A stretch of DNA of 62,941 nucleotides from Pocillopora damicornis (Eukaryota): positions 186,001 to 248,941 of the forward strand of contig NW_020845340.1 in assembly GCF_003704095.1 (NCBI RefSeq), given 5' to 3'. Positions within the stretch are counted from its first letter, which is position 1; the number at the start of each line of letters is the position of its first letter. Of this stretch, positions 24,213 to 36,759 are shown in pieces. A program made the translations under genes and the position numbers. Below the pieces are notes generated by a model. It made no database searches. It was not told the DNA's origin and worked only from the letters and a program-made list of their open reading frames with translations.

Positions 24213-24532
24213 ATCACTGATCTTCAAGAAGTAAAACATGTATGATGGCCTGCTCGGCAATGTCAGACAATACCTTTTGTTCTTAAAAACAATTGTCCGG
24301 AAACATAAGTTATAATATGGGCCTTCTTGGGCAATTTGAAGTTGCTACAAATACGTCTTGCGGTTGTTCGCGTTGACGCAGTTGATGTTTCAACTACCCG
24401 TGTGGCAATGAACTTTACATCCAACGCATCCTGAGTAAATCGCTTACGAGTAAAATATTGAATTGTAGCTTAATCAAATTATTCAAATCGGTAACTCCAG
24501 TCAAAACATATTCGCTGTTAAAGGGGGGTTTT

Positions 24533-24564
24533 GTATAATTCATGACTGCTGTCATGAATTATAC
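24533..24564. repeat. Perfect 14-bp inverted repeat with 4-nt loop
   Basis: GTATAATTCATGAC-TGCT-GTCATGAATTATAC. Confidence 0.8.
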
Positions 24565-24809
24565 GTAATAATTATCATGGTAAAAATGATAGCTTTAGCT
24601 AATCAACCAGTTTCTCAAGTAGAAGAAGCTGTTGTTGAAGACTTCAAATGCGAAACGCTGTTACCGTAGTCGTCAATCATTCGCAAACCTATAGTTATGC
24701 TACACGGTATGTTTAAATACAACAAACACAGGTCGGAGAAACCTTTTTTTTCTATGTACAATTGCATAGGAAGTTTGCCGTTTTGTGAGAGACAATGGAT
24801 TAACTAACT

Positions 24810-26496
24810 NNNNNNNNNNNNNNNNNNNNNNNNNNNNNNNNNNNNNNNNNNNNNNNNNNNNNNNNNNNNNNNNNNNNNNNNNNNNNNNNNNNNNNNNNNN
24901 NNNNNNNNNTATTCATCGGCTTGAGGTAGTGACCGACGTGTTTGCTTAAAAATACTGCCCAGCAGGAAAAACGAGAAATGTTTATCAAAAATGGCAACGA
25001 AAGTTGGGATGTATTTGGCGACTCACGAAAGCGTTACCGTGGCCGGTGGGCAGAGATAGGAAAATACTGACCGGGTAAAGANNNNNNNNNNTTGCAAGAT
25101 TCGTTACCGTGCCCTCTCAAAAAAAAAATAAATCGCGGTATTTTCGCCTTCCTTTTCAGGATTTTTATGGTTGAAATTTTGAAATTAAAATCTCGGAACT
25201 GAAATGGGGTTGCAAACGAAAGCTTCACCCAACTGCAGTTCATTAGACCATACTCAANNNNNNNNNNGCAGGCTGGAAGGTTTCAATGAAAGGTTTGATT
25301 CTTTTTTTTTACCGATTATTTCAGTGTAGTAAGAGTATAGGCGACAANNNNNNNNNNTCAAATGGGAAATTTCTTATTCCTGTAACACAGTTTTCATATA
25401 CTTTTCAACTACTTCTTGAAGACCAAGTGTGAAACCTTGCCCTTACGCATGCGCTTTAGAGCCTCGACGNNNNNNNNNNNNNNNNNNNNNNNNNNNNNNN
25501 NNNNNNNNNNNNNNNNNNNNNNNNNNNNNNNNNNNNNNNCTGAGTAGCATGGGAGGTTATGGGTGCTGCTTAGCCGCGACAGCGAGTGCCTGATGCAAGC
25601 TTCGATAATAGGGTTCGGTCGGGGCACGCTTCATTTAAAGAATTTATTTAAAAAATATAGGTCATAGTCCCTATCATGCTTCAGGCCTCTAAAGGAGCAA
25701 CTGACTGAGTTGAATATTATTTAGCCGTCACGGTGACCTCAAAGGCCTTGACATAAGCTTTAATCAAAGGCACGTTTCGTTAACGCAGTTTTCAAATTAT
25801 CGGTTATACTCATTTTTATCATGTGGCAACAAGTATGCGGCACTAAAGATGTACCTCGCAGGACTCAAAAACTCCCAATAGTGATACTGGTCAACATCAA
25901 TACCAACGGAGACTCTCTTGCGTAACTGAATAATAAATCATGGTTTTATTGTGTATTNNNNNNNNNNCGAAAGTCGGCTGTTATTCACTCGCTCAGAAAT
26001 ACTCAGTTCAACAAAAATTACAAATGCCGCCTTTCAAAAGCCCGGAAGATTTTTCATTCGACAGATTATTTTTATTAGCAAAACAGCCTGATTTCCGANN
26101 NNNNNNNNNNNNNNNNNNNNNNNNNNNNNNNNNNNNNNNNNNNNNNNNNNNNNNNNNNNNNNNNNNNNNNNNNNNNNNNNNNNNNNNNNNNNNNNNNNNN
26201 NNNNNNNNNNNNNNNNNNNNNNNNNNNNNNNNNNNNNNNNNNNNNNNNATGTGACGAAGACGATCAATGCCTACAACAGACTCTTCGCCTAAGACAATTA
26301 TCATCAGTCCATAGGTCACATTTCGCACGTAGAGAGAACGACTAACGATTTGGAACGAACTGATTTGTTTAAAGTTTTTAGTCTGGGGATTGAAAANNNN
26401 NNNNNNNNNNNNNNNNNNNNNNNNNNNNNNNNNNNNNNNNNNNNNNNNNNNNNNNNNNNNNNNNNNNNNNNNNNNNNNNNNNNNNNNNNNNNNNNN
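24810..26496. other. Poorly assembled segment with many N gaps
   Basis: N runs at 24810-24909, 25470-25539, 26099-26248 and 26397-26496, plus several 10-N runs. Confidence 0.95.
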
Positions 26497-27453
26497 TTGA
26501 TCTTTTTCTGATGTGATGACACTTGATTTTTTAGTTATGGAAATTTCGTTGGCAGTGAATTTTAAAAAATTTAATTCAAATACATGTGTTGGTGCTTGTT
26601 TTCAAATTTATTGATTTTGGAAAAGAACACAAGCAAAGAAAGAAAGAAAGAAAGAAAACACGAGAAAAAAGAGAGATTTTCTGCCAAAGGATGTAATTAG
26701 TCCACTCGTGTTCTTGACTTCCCTTGACCTGACCTTGACAATTATTTAAGAGAGGCAATTTGTAGCTCTTCTAGAACCATTAGTTAAGGAGAGTTTTATC
26801 GTTGCGACGCAAGATGGCACAAGCCGAAACTCGTGATGATGGTTTGTTTAAACAAGATCTTAACAAATTCTAATAACATAAGTCTTAGAATGACAGATGA
26901 CGCGTCAATTGAGTAAATAGTAATAACCTCAGATCCTGTCTGCGTGAATAACTGTTATAATGGCGATGTTTAGAGTGTTAACACCTGTTCGTTAACTCTT
27001 CAAAAATCAGACAGAGTGAATCGAACCATGCAGCCCATAGAACTGTCTGATTATGGCTGAAATTCGTCTTATTAAAGTCTACTTTCTCATCGTCGCCCAC
27101 CTATAGATACTGGAAAACAAACGGCACATTAACATAAAAACAAAAGTTTTTTCTTTGTCGAACCGGTTAATAAATATAACATCCCACGCTCCGTTCAATC
27201 TATTATCTACGGACCGAATCTTATCGTAGTAGAAACTCTCTCCACTTTCATGATGAAAACGTGAGTCAATTAAATACTTTTGACGCTGTTCTGAAGTAAA
27301 GGGACACGTATCTCACCAAAATACCTCTATTTTCCATTACTGTTGAGATCGTCGGTTACTTACGTTACACACGCAGTACTTTCTAACTTATATACTGTAT
27401 AACCTTTTTTGGTATAGCAAATCACCAGCATTATGGAGAAGTCTTTCACTGAC

Positions 27454-28323
27454 TTATTTTCGCCTTCGAATGAGCTTTGTAAGTTCCCTCTTTACGTCCT
27501 TTTTCAAACAAGCGTAGACAAAAGGATTGAACGCAGAATTCAAAATCCACAAAGTAGTGAGGACATGTCCTCCTAGTTCAGGAATATTGCACGAAAAATT
27601 AATGCACAAAATCAAACCATTCGCCGTTACACAGCATCCCAAAGAGAGCAAGACTAAAGCAATTATGAAAGGAGCTGAGTTTGGCTTTTTGTGTCTGCGA
27701 AGCGGGGCGGCGTCTGTTGCAGCCGTGACTGATTGGTCGGCTTGGTTGCTGTGCGTGAGTTCGAGATGTAAGGCAGCTTCTCGGCGCGTTTGCTCGCGCG
27801 CCGCAACAAGGATGCGAATGATCGCGTAAAGTAGAAACGTGCAGGACAGTATTTGAAAAACAGGGATGCTGATGAGGAATAGGACTAATAATGCCGTGTG
27901 GGAATCTGTAATGTAATATCCCACAAAATTCGACAGTGATAATGCAAAGGCAATTAACCATGCTGTCATGACAATCAGTCTTGTGTGTCTCATCGTTAAA
28001 GAGGAATGGTATTTCAAAGGCCGAACGATGGCGAAGAATCGATCCCAAGTCAAGATGCAGAGATTAGAGACCGATGAATTAAGGGAGAACCAAAAAAAGG
28101 CTGAGACCAATCTGCGGTTGCATGATTCATCACAAAAGTATGCTGGTGGGAAGATGGCAAATCCAACCAAAAAGTCGGCCACTGCTAGGGAAAGAACGAA
28201 CCAATTGGCAGAGGAGTGAAGTCGGCGAATTACAATAACTAGAACAATCACAAAACCGTTGCCTGCTACTGTTGAGATTGTGAGGAGCCAGCCGATATAG
28301 TCAAACACATTTCCGACTCTCAT
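27454..28323 (-). CDS. Class A orphan GPCR, array paralog 2 (289 aa)
   Basis: 7TM pattern with GNGFV, LHSSANWFVLSLAVAD, WDRF and NPFVY. Confidence 0.93.
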   Translation of the reverse strand: MRVGNVFDYIGWLLTISTVAGNGFVIVLVIVIRRLHSSANWFVLSLAVADFLVGFAIFPPAYFCDESCNRRLVSAFFWFSLNSSVSNLCILTWDRFFAIVRPLKYHSSLTMRHTRLIVMTAWLIAFALSLSNFVGYYITDSHTALLVLFLISIPVFQILSCTFLLYAIIRILVAAREQTRREAALHLELTHSNQADQSVTAATDAAPLRRHKKPNSAPFIIALVLLSLGCCVTANGLILCINFSCNIPELGGHVLTTLWILNSAFNPFVYACLKKDVKRELTKLIRRRK

Positions 28324-29201
28324 GTTAACTGGACGACGATCTGTTTTGACACATTCAGACGTGTTTTGGCCTAATGGAGGCTTTCGACGGAGGATTGTAG
28401 CTGATCCGTTTTGATTGACTTAGAGGACGTGCATATCTTTACATGTCCTTTGTACCTCACTGATGCCTTATTCAGGAACCAAAATAGCAGTGATCTGGGA
28501 TGGAAGAACCTAGATGAAAGACATTGAATTGCATATAAGTTATCGGTTCAAAACATAGCTAGCATTTGTTATGGTAATCATACTATGAGTTGCACGCTCT
28601 CTGATTGGTAGAGAGTTCAATAATGTATTAATTTAATTGCCCCGAGGAATTGATCATAAAACTGACGCACAAAGACGACGAGAAAAAAATATGGCTTTTT
28701 TCGAAAGCAATGTTAGTCACTTTATAAAAAAATACCCACTTTCCTCTTGGCAGGAAAATAATGTGTAGAACCAAAAAGACTCTTAAAAACTGACAATGCA
28801 ACGCTGTACCAAGACTAAAGCAGCTACTTGAGCCGCCTTTTCGAAATGCGTGATACAAACTTATTCTCACCTCAACGATTATTGCATACTTCTAGTTTCA
28901 AACCTTTCTTATACACATTCTACACCAGATTTACTAGATAACAACAAATTTAGACATTTGAGCGCTAAGTATGAAAGTTTGCAGCAACCGTAGAAATGTC
29001 GGAATCATTTTTAACCTTCCTTTGAATTTTTTGATTATTCAGGTCGAACTATTTTTTTGAAATAGCATGTACCTGATATGTGTCACTTACAGTCTACTAC
29101 TCGTTGTGAAAGGGGTTACATAGAAAATTTCTTCAGTCCAGTAATCAAGATGGTTGCTTTGTTGAAATTTTTTTTAAACGCAGAATTGAGGCAGAACAAT
29201 T

Positions 29202-29338
29202 GGATCAATATCAGTATCTGGGCAACTGCCCACCTGCCCCTCCCCTAACCCAACAACAGTCAATTGATAACAAGCTAGGGTTAATGTTGGGTTAGGGGAG
29301 GGGTTGGTGGGCAGTTGCCCAGATACTGATATTGATCC
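29202..29338. mobile_element. Palindromic MITE with long arms and an 8-bp TSD (hAT-like)
   Basis: GGATCAATATCAGTATCTGGGCAACTGCCCACC... and its reverse complement at the other end; flanks GAACAATT / CAACAATT. Confidence 0.8.
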
Positions 29339-29444
29339 CAACAATTTATGTTTATTAAACGAACATTTATGATTGAAGTTGTTAATCTAAACTGGGGTCT
29401 CCCTCAGCTGAATTAACTTATACGAATTAAAAACAGGTGCTTCT

Positions 29445-29593
29445 CGCTCTGACGAAGGGCTAACGCTCGAAACGTCAGCCTTTAAACTCTTTACGGTGGC
29501 CAATTTACGTTTTCAACTCAGTTGATAAAACTAAATGACCCTGTTATACTCTCCTACTGACGCACCACCGCAGTTTCTCAAGAAACTTACCCC
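29445..29593 (+). mobile_element. Hammerhead-carrying repeat copy with intact core (29446-29479)
   Basis: GCT-CTGACGA-A-GGGC-TAAC-GCTC-GAAACGTC-AGC followed by the same tail sequence as the 6.2-6.5 kb element. Confidence 0.7.
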
Positions 29594-29754
29594 GTTTACA
29601 CTTCTCAATATGACTACATCTCTAAGAATGATAGTGGTAGGCAAAGTCGTTGGATATAAGGGGAGCCAATTGAATCGACCCAATAACACAGCTTACTTTT
29701 CACTTCACGAGGGGTAGGGAGTGTACGGTCGGCGAAGACAACGAAAGAGCCGAA

Positions 29755-29900
29755 CCCGGTTGTCCGAAGGTTGGATAACGCTATCCACTGGATAAAACTC
29801 TATACGGTGGATAACGTTATACGTTTTGCTATCACTTATCTACCAGATAATAATTTATCCGCCTGATAGCGTTATCGGACCTTTATACAACTGGGCCCTG
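29755..29900. mobile_element. Imperfect palindromic MITE
   Basis: CCCGGTTGT..AAGGT..GATAACGCTATC at the left and GATAGCGTTATC..ACCTT..ACAACTGGG at the right; internal GGATAA subrepeats. Confidence 0.65.
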
Positions 29901-30611
29901 TAATTAAGATGAACTTCGGCAAATTGCAAGAGATATATACTTTTCTTTTTTCCGGAAATGGCTGTTTCATTTAAAGTAAGAGGTGAAACGAAGCTTTTAA
30001 TTTTTATGCAACTTCATCTCTTATTAATCTGAGAATTTTTTCGCTATATTTCATCGATACAACTTTCTATCATACTCAAATGTGTGGTCTGTAGCACAGT
30101 TGACAGAAAAAGGCCACCACAACACAGCTAGTTTTTCGATGGCATTTCCGTCATGATGTCGGTAGAGGTCACAAGGAGTTCGATTTTTGTTCGAACAGAT
30201 GTGGGTACTAATTCTTTCCTTTTTTAAAATCTGATTCATTCACAGAAATAAAGACTTTTTTATACATCAACGCACCGGTATAAAAGGAAAAAAAAATGTA
30301 AAAAAGGTACTAAAATTACATAAAAAATTATGACTTGGAGACGGTCTCAAAACATGACTCAGAAAACTGCTTTAATTAAATTGGCTTCGAAATTATCGAG
30401 ATGAGTGTATCAAGGAGAAAACTGGAAAATGGAAAAATGATGGAGTATCGCATCTTTATTTAGTTAACGCGGAGAATCCACCTCTCCGATTAGTGTAGGT
30501 CTGCGAAAAGTAGTGGACAAATTGAACGAATATGTTATCATCACAGTTTTGCATTTTGTGAAAAAGCGATTCAATTGCTATTCAAATGTGCTGTTTTGCC
30601 CACCGGCGATA

Positions 30612-30810
30612 TTAACCCTTAAAGTCCCACTATGATACACTGTACGATAGTAGTACGATATCAAGCAGACAATTAATGAGAATAAAGAAAAACATCAATT
30701 AGTGGATTATTTGTTGATCCAATTCCAAATTCTCCAAACTAACATCATATGAATTGTATGAAAGACAGTAAGGAGAATTACTAATGAGATCTTGGGAGTT
30801 AAAGGGTTAA
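30612..30810. mobile_element. piggyBac-type MITE, opposite orientation
   Basis: TTAACCCTTAAAGTCCCA ... TGGGAGTTAAAGGGTTAA. Confidence 0.75.
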
Positions 30811-32270
30811 ATAAATTATATTTCGCTTCGGTTGAATCGTGTTCATTTTCGTCCTTTTTAAGGGAGGGTTGCCTACTCTGAGCCGAAATGAGTACTTAAC
30901 CAACTTGAATGCAAGTGATAGAGACAAACTGCCTCTGAGTAAAGTAGCTTCTCCCGAGCGCATTTTTCCCAAAAATGATGTAAAGAATAAGTAAAAGCGA
31001 CTTGATGCATCCAACTTGACAGACTTGTCTCTTTGGGGAGACATTTGCCGACATAAGCTTTATTTTGTCTCTATGTAATTGTATTGCGTGAATCTTTCGA
31101 GTTCCTCTTTAATTTTTGATCGCGTTTAACATTTTGCATACAGAATCCTATTCCACACGACTCAACTTCGTTCCTTCGTTGTAATGTCACTCATCAAGCC
31201 CTCACATTGCTTCTCAAACAGCTCTATAATGATATAAAATGTGGATTCTACAAGACATCGAAGCACTTTATAAGGATTCATCATTTGAAGCCAAGCCAGT
31301 TATTCAGATTTTCTTGGTTAATATGCAAAATGGTAAATTACATATTTCAAAATTGGTCAAGAAGGCCACGAAAAAAAAAAAAACCTCTCAACTCCTTTCA
31401 TCTTTTCTTTTTTTCGCATGGAAATGTCTGATGTTTAGTCGTCTGGCCGGCTAAGTTCGATCGATGGATTTACCTAAAGGAAACATAAAAGATGACGCCC
31501 CCAAAAGCGGAAAATCATAGTCGGTGGAAGTTACGCTAGGTTTAACATGCGTGTGTACATCACAATAAGCATTTACATACCTTTTGAGGGAAAGAAATAT
31601 ATAAAGTTCCTATAACAAAGAGGTAGGGTATGGGGTCTGTTGAATAGGGAAACACATACAAATTAAAATGCTAAAATGGTAATCATGCGCTGCGCTATAC
31701 AATTATACCCTACATGTTATGGAAAACATGATCATAATGATCAAAATTATTAAAAACACGCTCACCAAGATCACCGCCAGGTTTCGTTAATGTGAAACAA
31801 TTCTAAATTCAAATTTCTTTAAGATAAAAGCAAATGCGACAAACCCGAAGATTTTTACAGAGATGGCTCCTTTCAGCGCTACAGTTTTTACTGCGCTTTG
31901 AGATGAAGATTTAACACTTGCAGAAAGGAAACTATCTGAAAAAGGTTGACCATTAAAATGACGCGCGTTCGCATTTTTAAAAGGTTTCCCTATCTTTATG
32001 GACTTAACAGCGTTACCCGCGTAGAATTGGCTCACTCCTTTCCTATTATCTCTCTTCAAAAAAAGCATAACTAGAGGATTCTCTGCGGAATTATTTAACT
32101 AAAAAGGAAAAGAAAAGGGTCCTACCAGATGCATGGATACCTTTGCAGGTAAACCTTTCCCAGAGAGTTGTCGTGCTTACAGGTACGTGACAACCTTAGT
32201 AAATACACTAACTATATGGCGTGGTGAAGAGAGCTGTTTCTTTACGCCGGCGAACTTAACATCTCAAGTC

Positions 32271-32496
32271 GTTCGGGAGCCGATTGGAAAGCGACTACAA
32301 CTTTTTTCTGTCGTTGATGACGAATGAAAAATAGGATAAGTTTCTAAAGAAATTGTGGAGCTGCATCGGTAGGGGGTGTAATGTTCGGTAGCCGATTGAA
32401 ACGCGACTACAATTTTCTTTCTGTCAGTTGATAACAAATGAATAAAGGGGGTAAGTTTCTAAAGAACCGGTGGAGCTGCATCGGTAGGGGTGTAAT
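32271..32496. repeat. Two-copy tandem duplication (~113-bp unit) including the end of a hammerhead repeat
   Basis: GTTCGG.AGCCGATTG...GGTGTAAT at 32271-32382 and 32383-32496. Confidence 0.8.
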
Positions 32497-32592
32497 AAGG
32501 TGATTTGATCTTATCAACTGAGTGTGTTATGTAAATTAGCCACCGAAAAGAGTTTCAAAGCCAACGTTTCGAGCGTTAGCCCTTCGTCAGAG
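32445..32592 (-). mobile_element. Hammerhead-carrying repeat copy, minus strand
   Basis: The reverse complement reads CTCTGACGAAGGGCTAACGCTCGAAACGTTGGC followed by the family tail. Confidence 0.65.
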
Positions 32593-33271
32593 AAAAAGAT
32601 GCGTAGCGTTAGATGTTTGCTTCACAGTGATATGAGAAATTTTTAAAGAAGTTTCTTCATCTGTAAGATACTCTCACTCGTTGCTAATCATCAGTTGAGT
32701 CACGGAAAGAAAATGGCGAAGGTATCGCATGTTCCATGAAAGTCGTGCGCTTTTTCGAAGTTTGTTTTCAATTAAAGGGGAAGGATCACTTTTCTGATTT
32801 GTAGGCCCGCGATATAACGTGGAAGATTTGAACGAATTTCAGCAGGTTTTTCCTCTTCTGACCGAGAAAAATGTTTCGGAGAGGGCCGCCGAACATGATC
32901 AGATAGGGCGCCTGAAAAGCAAAAGTTTAAGCATTTGCGTATTACGATAGTTTTGGATCGCAATCAATGTGAAACTTACCTCCTTTTTGGCCTAAACTAT
33001 TTTCCCGGCAGGTTAAAAACTTCGATACGACGGGATATGTTTCTTCTGGATACTACACGTGAAGTGTTTCGATCTGAAACGGAAACGAAATAGCTGGTTT
33101 AGAACATCGACCTGCCGGCGACTAACAAGTAAAGTGATGGTCGCACGCACTTAACTTTTCAATCACATTGGCGACCAGTTGGTTGAACTTTTGGACGCAG
33201 ATTAACTAATTAAAGGCTGCCGCTGCCAATAACGTACTACTGCTCGCCGATGATGATAACATTACTGTAGT

Positions 33272-33530
33272 TCAGACACTTGGTATTACTGTTTGCGAGA
33301 CCCAAAGATCCCAATAAACACATTCATCATTTGATACATTTCCGCCTGTTATTTCGTTGGCTGAAAGTAGTGTCTCGTGATATTGGTCTCCAAATGTAAA
33401 ACGCCGTAAAGGTGCGTCTTGGTACAAATAAAGACCCACTCCTGCGTTCGGGTAGTTGCGCTCTTCCGTGAAAAAATTCCCGATTGCTTTCCCAAGCCTC
33501 CGAACATCGAGTATTGAAAATATTTCCAAA
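33272..33530 (-). pseudogene. Possible GAIN/GPS-domain fragment (adhesion GPCR or PKD-like relic)
   Basis: Open frame ...GVGLYLYQD...ETLLSAN...NVSNDECVYWDL resembles the CVFWD half of a GPS motif. No intact second half or 7TM region was found. Confidence 0.3.
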
Positions 33531-36500
33531 AAAAAAAGAAAGAAAAAACACAATCAAGGAAAAAAAAAAGGTTATTGAACATCAAAACAATTAGTTGACT
33601 CGGTTTCCGCAGATCTTCTTTAGTTGTTTCTCGCAGTATGGGAAAGCTGATCTGCTTGAAATTAAAAGCTCACTCAAGGATTGTTTAATGTGTTAGGAGC
33701 AATTCGAATGGTATTCTGAAAATCGGTTGAGTATTAAGCTGAGAAAGCTAGTTATCTATATGGTTGTCCGTGGACCTAGTTTTATTATTTTTTTTTGCGT
33801 TTTGTAGAAGTTAAACTTGTTAAGGGTTCTGCGCTGTATATAAACAGCACATCATCATATATTACTAAAACTTTGAAATATCATGATGCGCCTTCATACG
33901 TGTTCAGCCTTATAATTACCCGTGCCGTCAATTTTTAATTTTTGTTTTGTAAGAATAGCACACTGAAATTTAGAGTGCTTAGAGGATCTGTCATGTTTAC
34001 GATAATTGACGAGTCAAGTAGTACTGGTCGGCACGGAAGGCCGAGAAGGCCTTCGAACGAAAAATTATAGCGTCTTAAAATGTTTTCCTTCCGTTTAAAA
34101 ATGAGCAGAATGTCTTGTCGAAGTTAAGCTTTCACAATTTGCTATGATTACAAAACACAACTCAAGTATCTAGCTAACATCAAGTACTACCCTATACAGC
34201 ATATTAAGGGTTATGACGAATCATATTAAACAGTAAAATTGTGAGCTTTAAGTCATGTTGTCTTTGCAAGTATTTTCATAAATGTAGATATCCTTTTTTC
34301 CGTATTTATTTTTTTTCAGCTAAATAAGCTAAGTAGATATGCAGACATTGCCAACAAAATGGCTTTGAAAACTGTTGCATAATAGATGCACAAGAAATTC
34401 ATCATTGCGTTCTTCTGCTTTGTCATAGCAAATGAGGTGTCCCAAAAAACTTCAGGGAATGATTTTTCTAGTATTATCTAAAATTATTTCAAATTGAACT
34501 TGTCTAAAGGACCTGTATTAAGGGAACCGTATCATATTATTGTTGAACTTTTCTCTGGAGACTTGCTTTGTAAATCAAATGAGCCAATTTTCAAGCAGGC
34601 GTCGTCGGACAGTAGGTCTCCATTTGCTGTGTTTTCATTTCATTTCTTTAAAATTCATCTAATTCTACGGTTCCCTAAGGCTAAGCTGAAAGGAGTACCA
34701 AACGTAAACTTTCAAACCCATCCCTTAAGAATTCATTCGCTGAAAATAGATCATGGACTAGTGACACAAAAGAATTCCTTCCGAATAGATAGCTTTTCTT
34801 AAGCGTAATTATTCGTAACACTGTCTTGAAAATAATTGTTACCATAACTTTCTGACAGACGCTTTCGACTGGACAGACCTGTCTCTCCCGTGAAGCAGTT
34901 GTTGACGTAAGCCTCTTTAGTTAAGGCGGCCTAGATTAGTCTTTGATCAGTCTGTTGAAGTGCAGTATTTCATTCGAATTCGGCGTAGACGTCGGTCTTT
35001 CTTCTTCCAAAAGCGAATGATGTGTTAGCTGGAATGTGCTCTATGTAATCCAGTGAATACTGATTATCGCAGTCAATAATAGAATCAGCCTTGTAATATC
35101 TTTGAGTATTGTAGATTCATATTTTCAATGTTGGCGGGTCGAGACGACTTTTGAATAAGATCACAACCATTAAAACCTCTTGAGTGGAAATGTTAAAGAT
35201 TTCGTTTTTGTGGTAGCTTTTTGCTCACGTAAAGGTAGTGTAAAAGATGACACGCTATTATGCTATTTGCAGTGCAGGAAATACATAAAAGCTTGGTAAA
35301 GTAAAGTAAAAAAAAAACAGGTACAAAAATAAAATTGAAACAAAAGTACCGAAACTATCTTACATTTGTTATTGAATCGAAAATGTCTAAGACAAGGAAA
35401 TTTGGTACACATAATAATCTTACCTTATTTTCAGCTAATTAAACTAAACTCTTCGTGACCAAATAAAAGTCTACAAATCTATATAAAAAGATAAAAAATT
35501 TGTGTTGCGCAACTTTTTGCTTCCGATGCAGCTGCTACCTTTGAAGAATTATTTACAAATTTTTATTCGGGGTACAAACGAGCTTATTCATGTAAGGGGG
35601 GAGGGGGTAGTTTTTCTACGCTCTAGATGTTGACTGAAACGTCAGTTGCACCTGCTTTGCACTTTTCTTCAAATTCTGATCTAACTTCTCTTTTATAGCT
35701 GTTGTTTCTGAATTCGTTAATTTTCGTTCTGTTCCTTTTTGTCATATTTTACAAGTTCTTGAACGGTAAATCACATATGGTAAAATTTCAAATGATACAC
35801 TTCATTCTCGTATCGCTCGATGTTCATTTCTTTTTTGTAGGGCTTAAAGAAAATTTTTACATTTCTCTAGAGGTTAGGGGCTATTCTCAATCAGTCTTAT
35901 ATAAGTGACGAAAATCTTAATTTCTCCCAAAGCGTCTTAAGCTAATAACGGGAGGCAAATTAAACAACACCCTAGGGCCTATTTACTTTACACGCCCACT
36001 TTTAAGTTGAGACCTTTAGAAACAAATTCAATTTTGAAATTACGATTGAAACTCAGTGTAAAACTGATTTTCGAGCCACGAAGCCGCCTTCTCCTTTAAA
36101 AATAGTTGTTAATAAAATATTACTAACAGCAGGCGAATGCAAACACCAACAACTAAAGACAACAACCAAATTACAACCCAAACCAAAAAACGTAACTGAT
36201 AAGTTTTAAAATTGCTATTTTTTCACGAGCCAATGCAGCAATATTTGGCTCTAGTTAATAGTCGTATCACCGTTTGGGAAGAAATCCAGCAAATAGAAAA
36301 AGTGCATGTCCACATCTTAGAAGTGTTAGTTAATTCAGGAAAGGTTTATTCCGGTGTAATAAACATAAAAGTAAGCGTAATTCGAAGAAGTATATTAAAT
36401 CTTGGTTGGCAGGATGCATTAAGGGTTGATCGATAGGAACAACTTGACAAACAGAAAAAAAAAAAAACCGCAAGTCACACCATTACTTTTTATTTAATCA

Positions 36501-36759
36501 TATTATACGGTTGGAATACAAAATAGTCCGGAAACGTATTGTTTCTTTTTTCGTGAACCAATTTTGAATTTAAATTTTCCCTAATGAGTTGAACAAAATG
36601 AACAAAAAGAGGTGAACTAATAATAGAACAACACAGAATACAATAATGAATAAGTTTTTGAAACACAGTTCTTGCTGCATCTTTGAAATGTACATCGCCA
36701 CATGAAGGAACAAAAGATACATAAAAAAAAAACTAATGGATGACACTTGTTTCACATTT

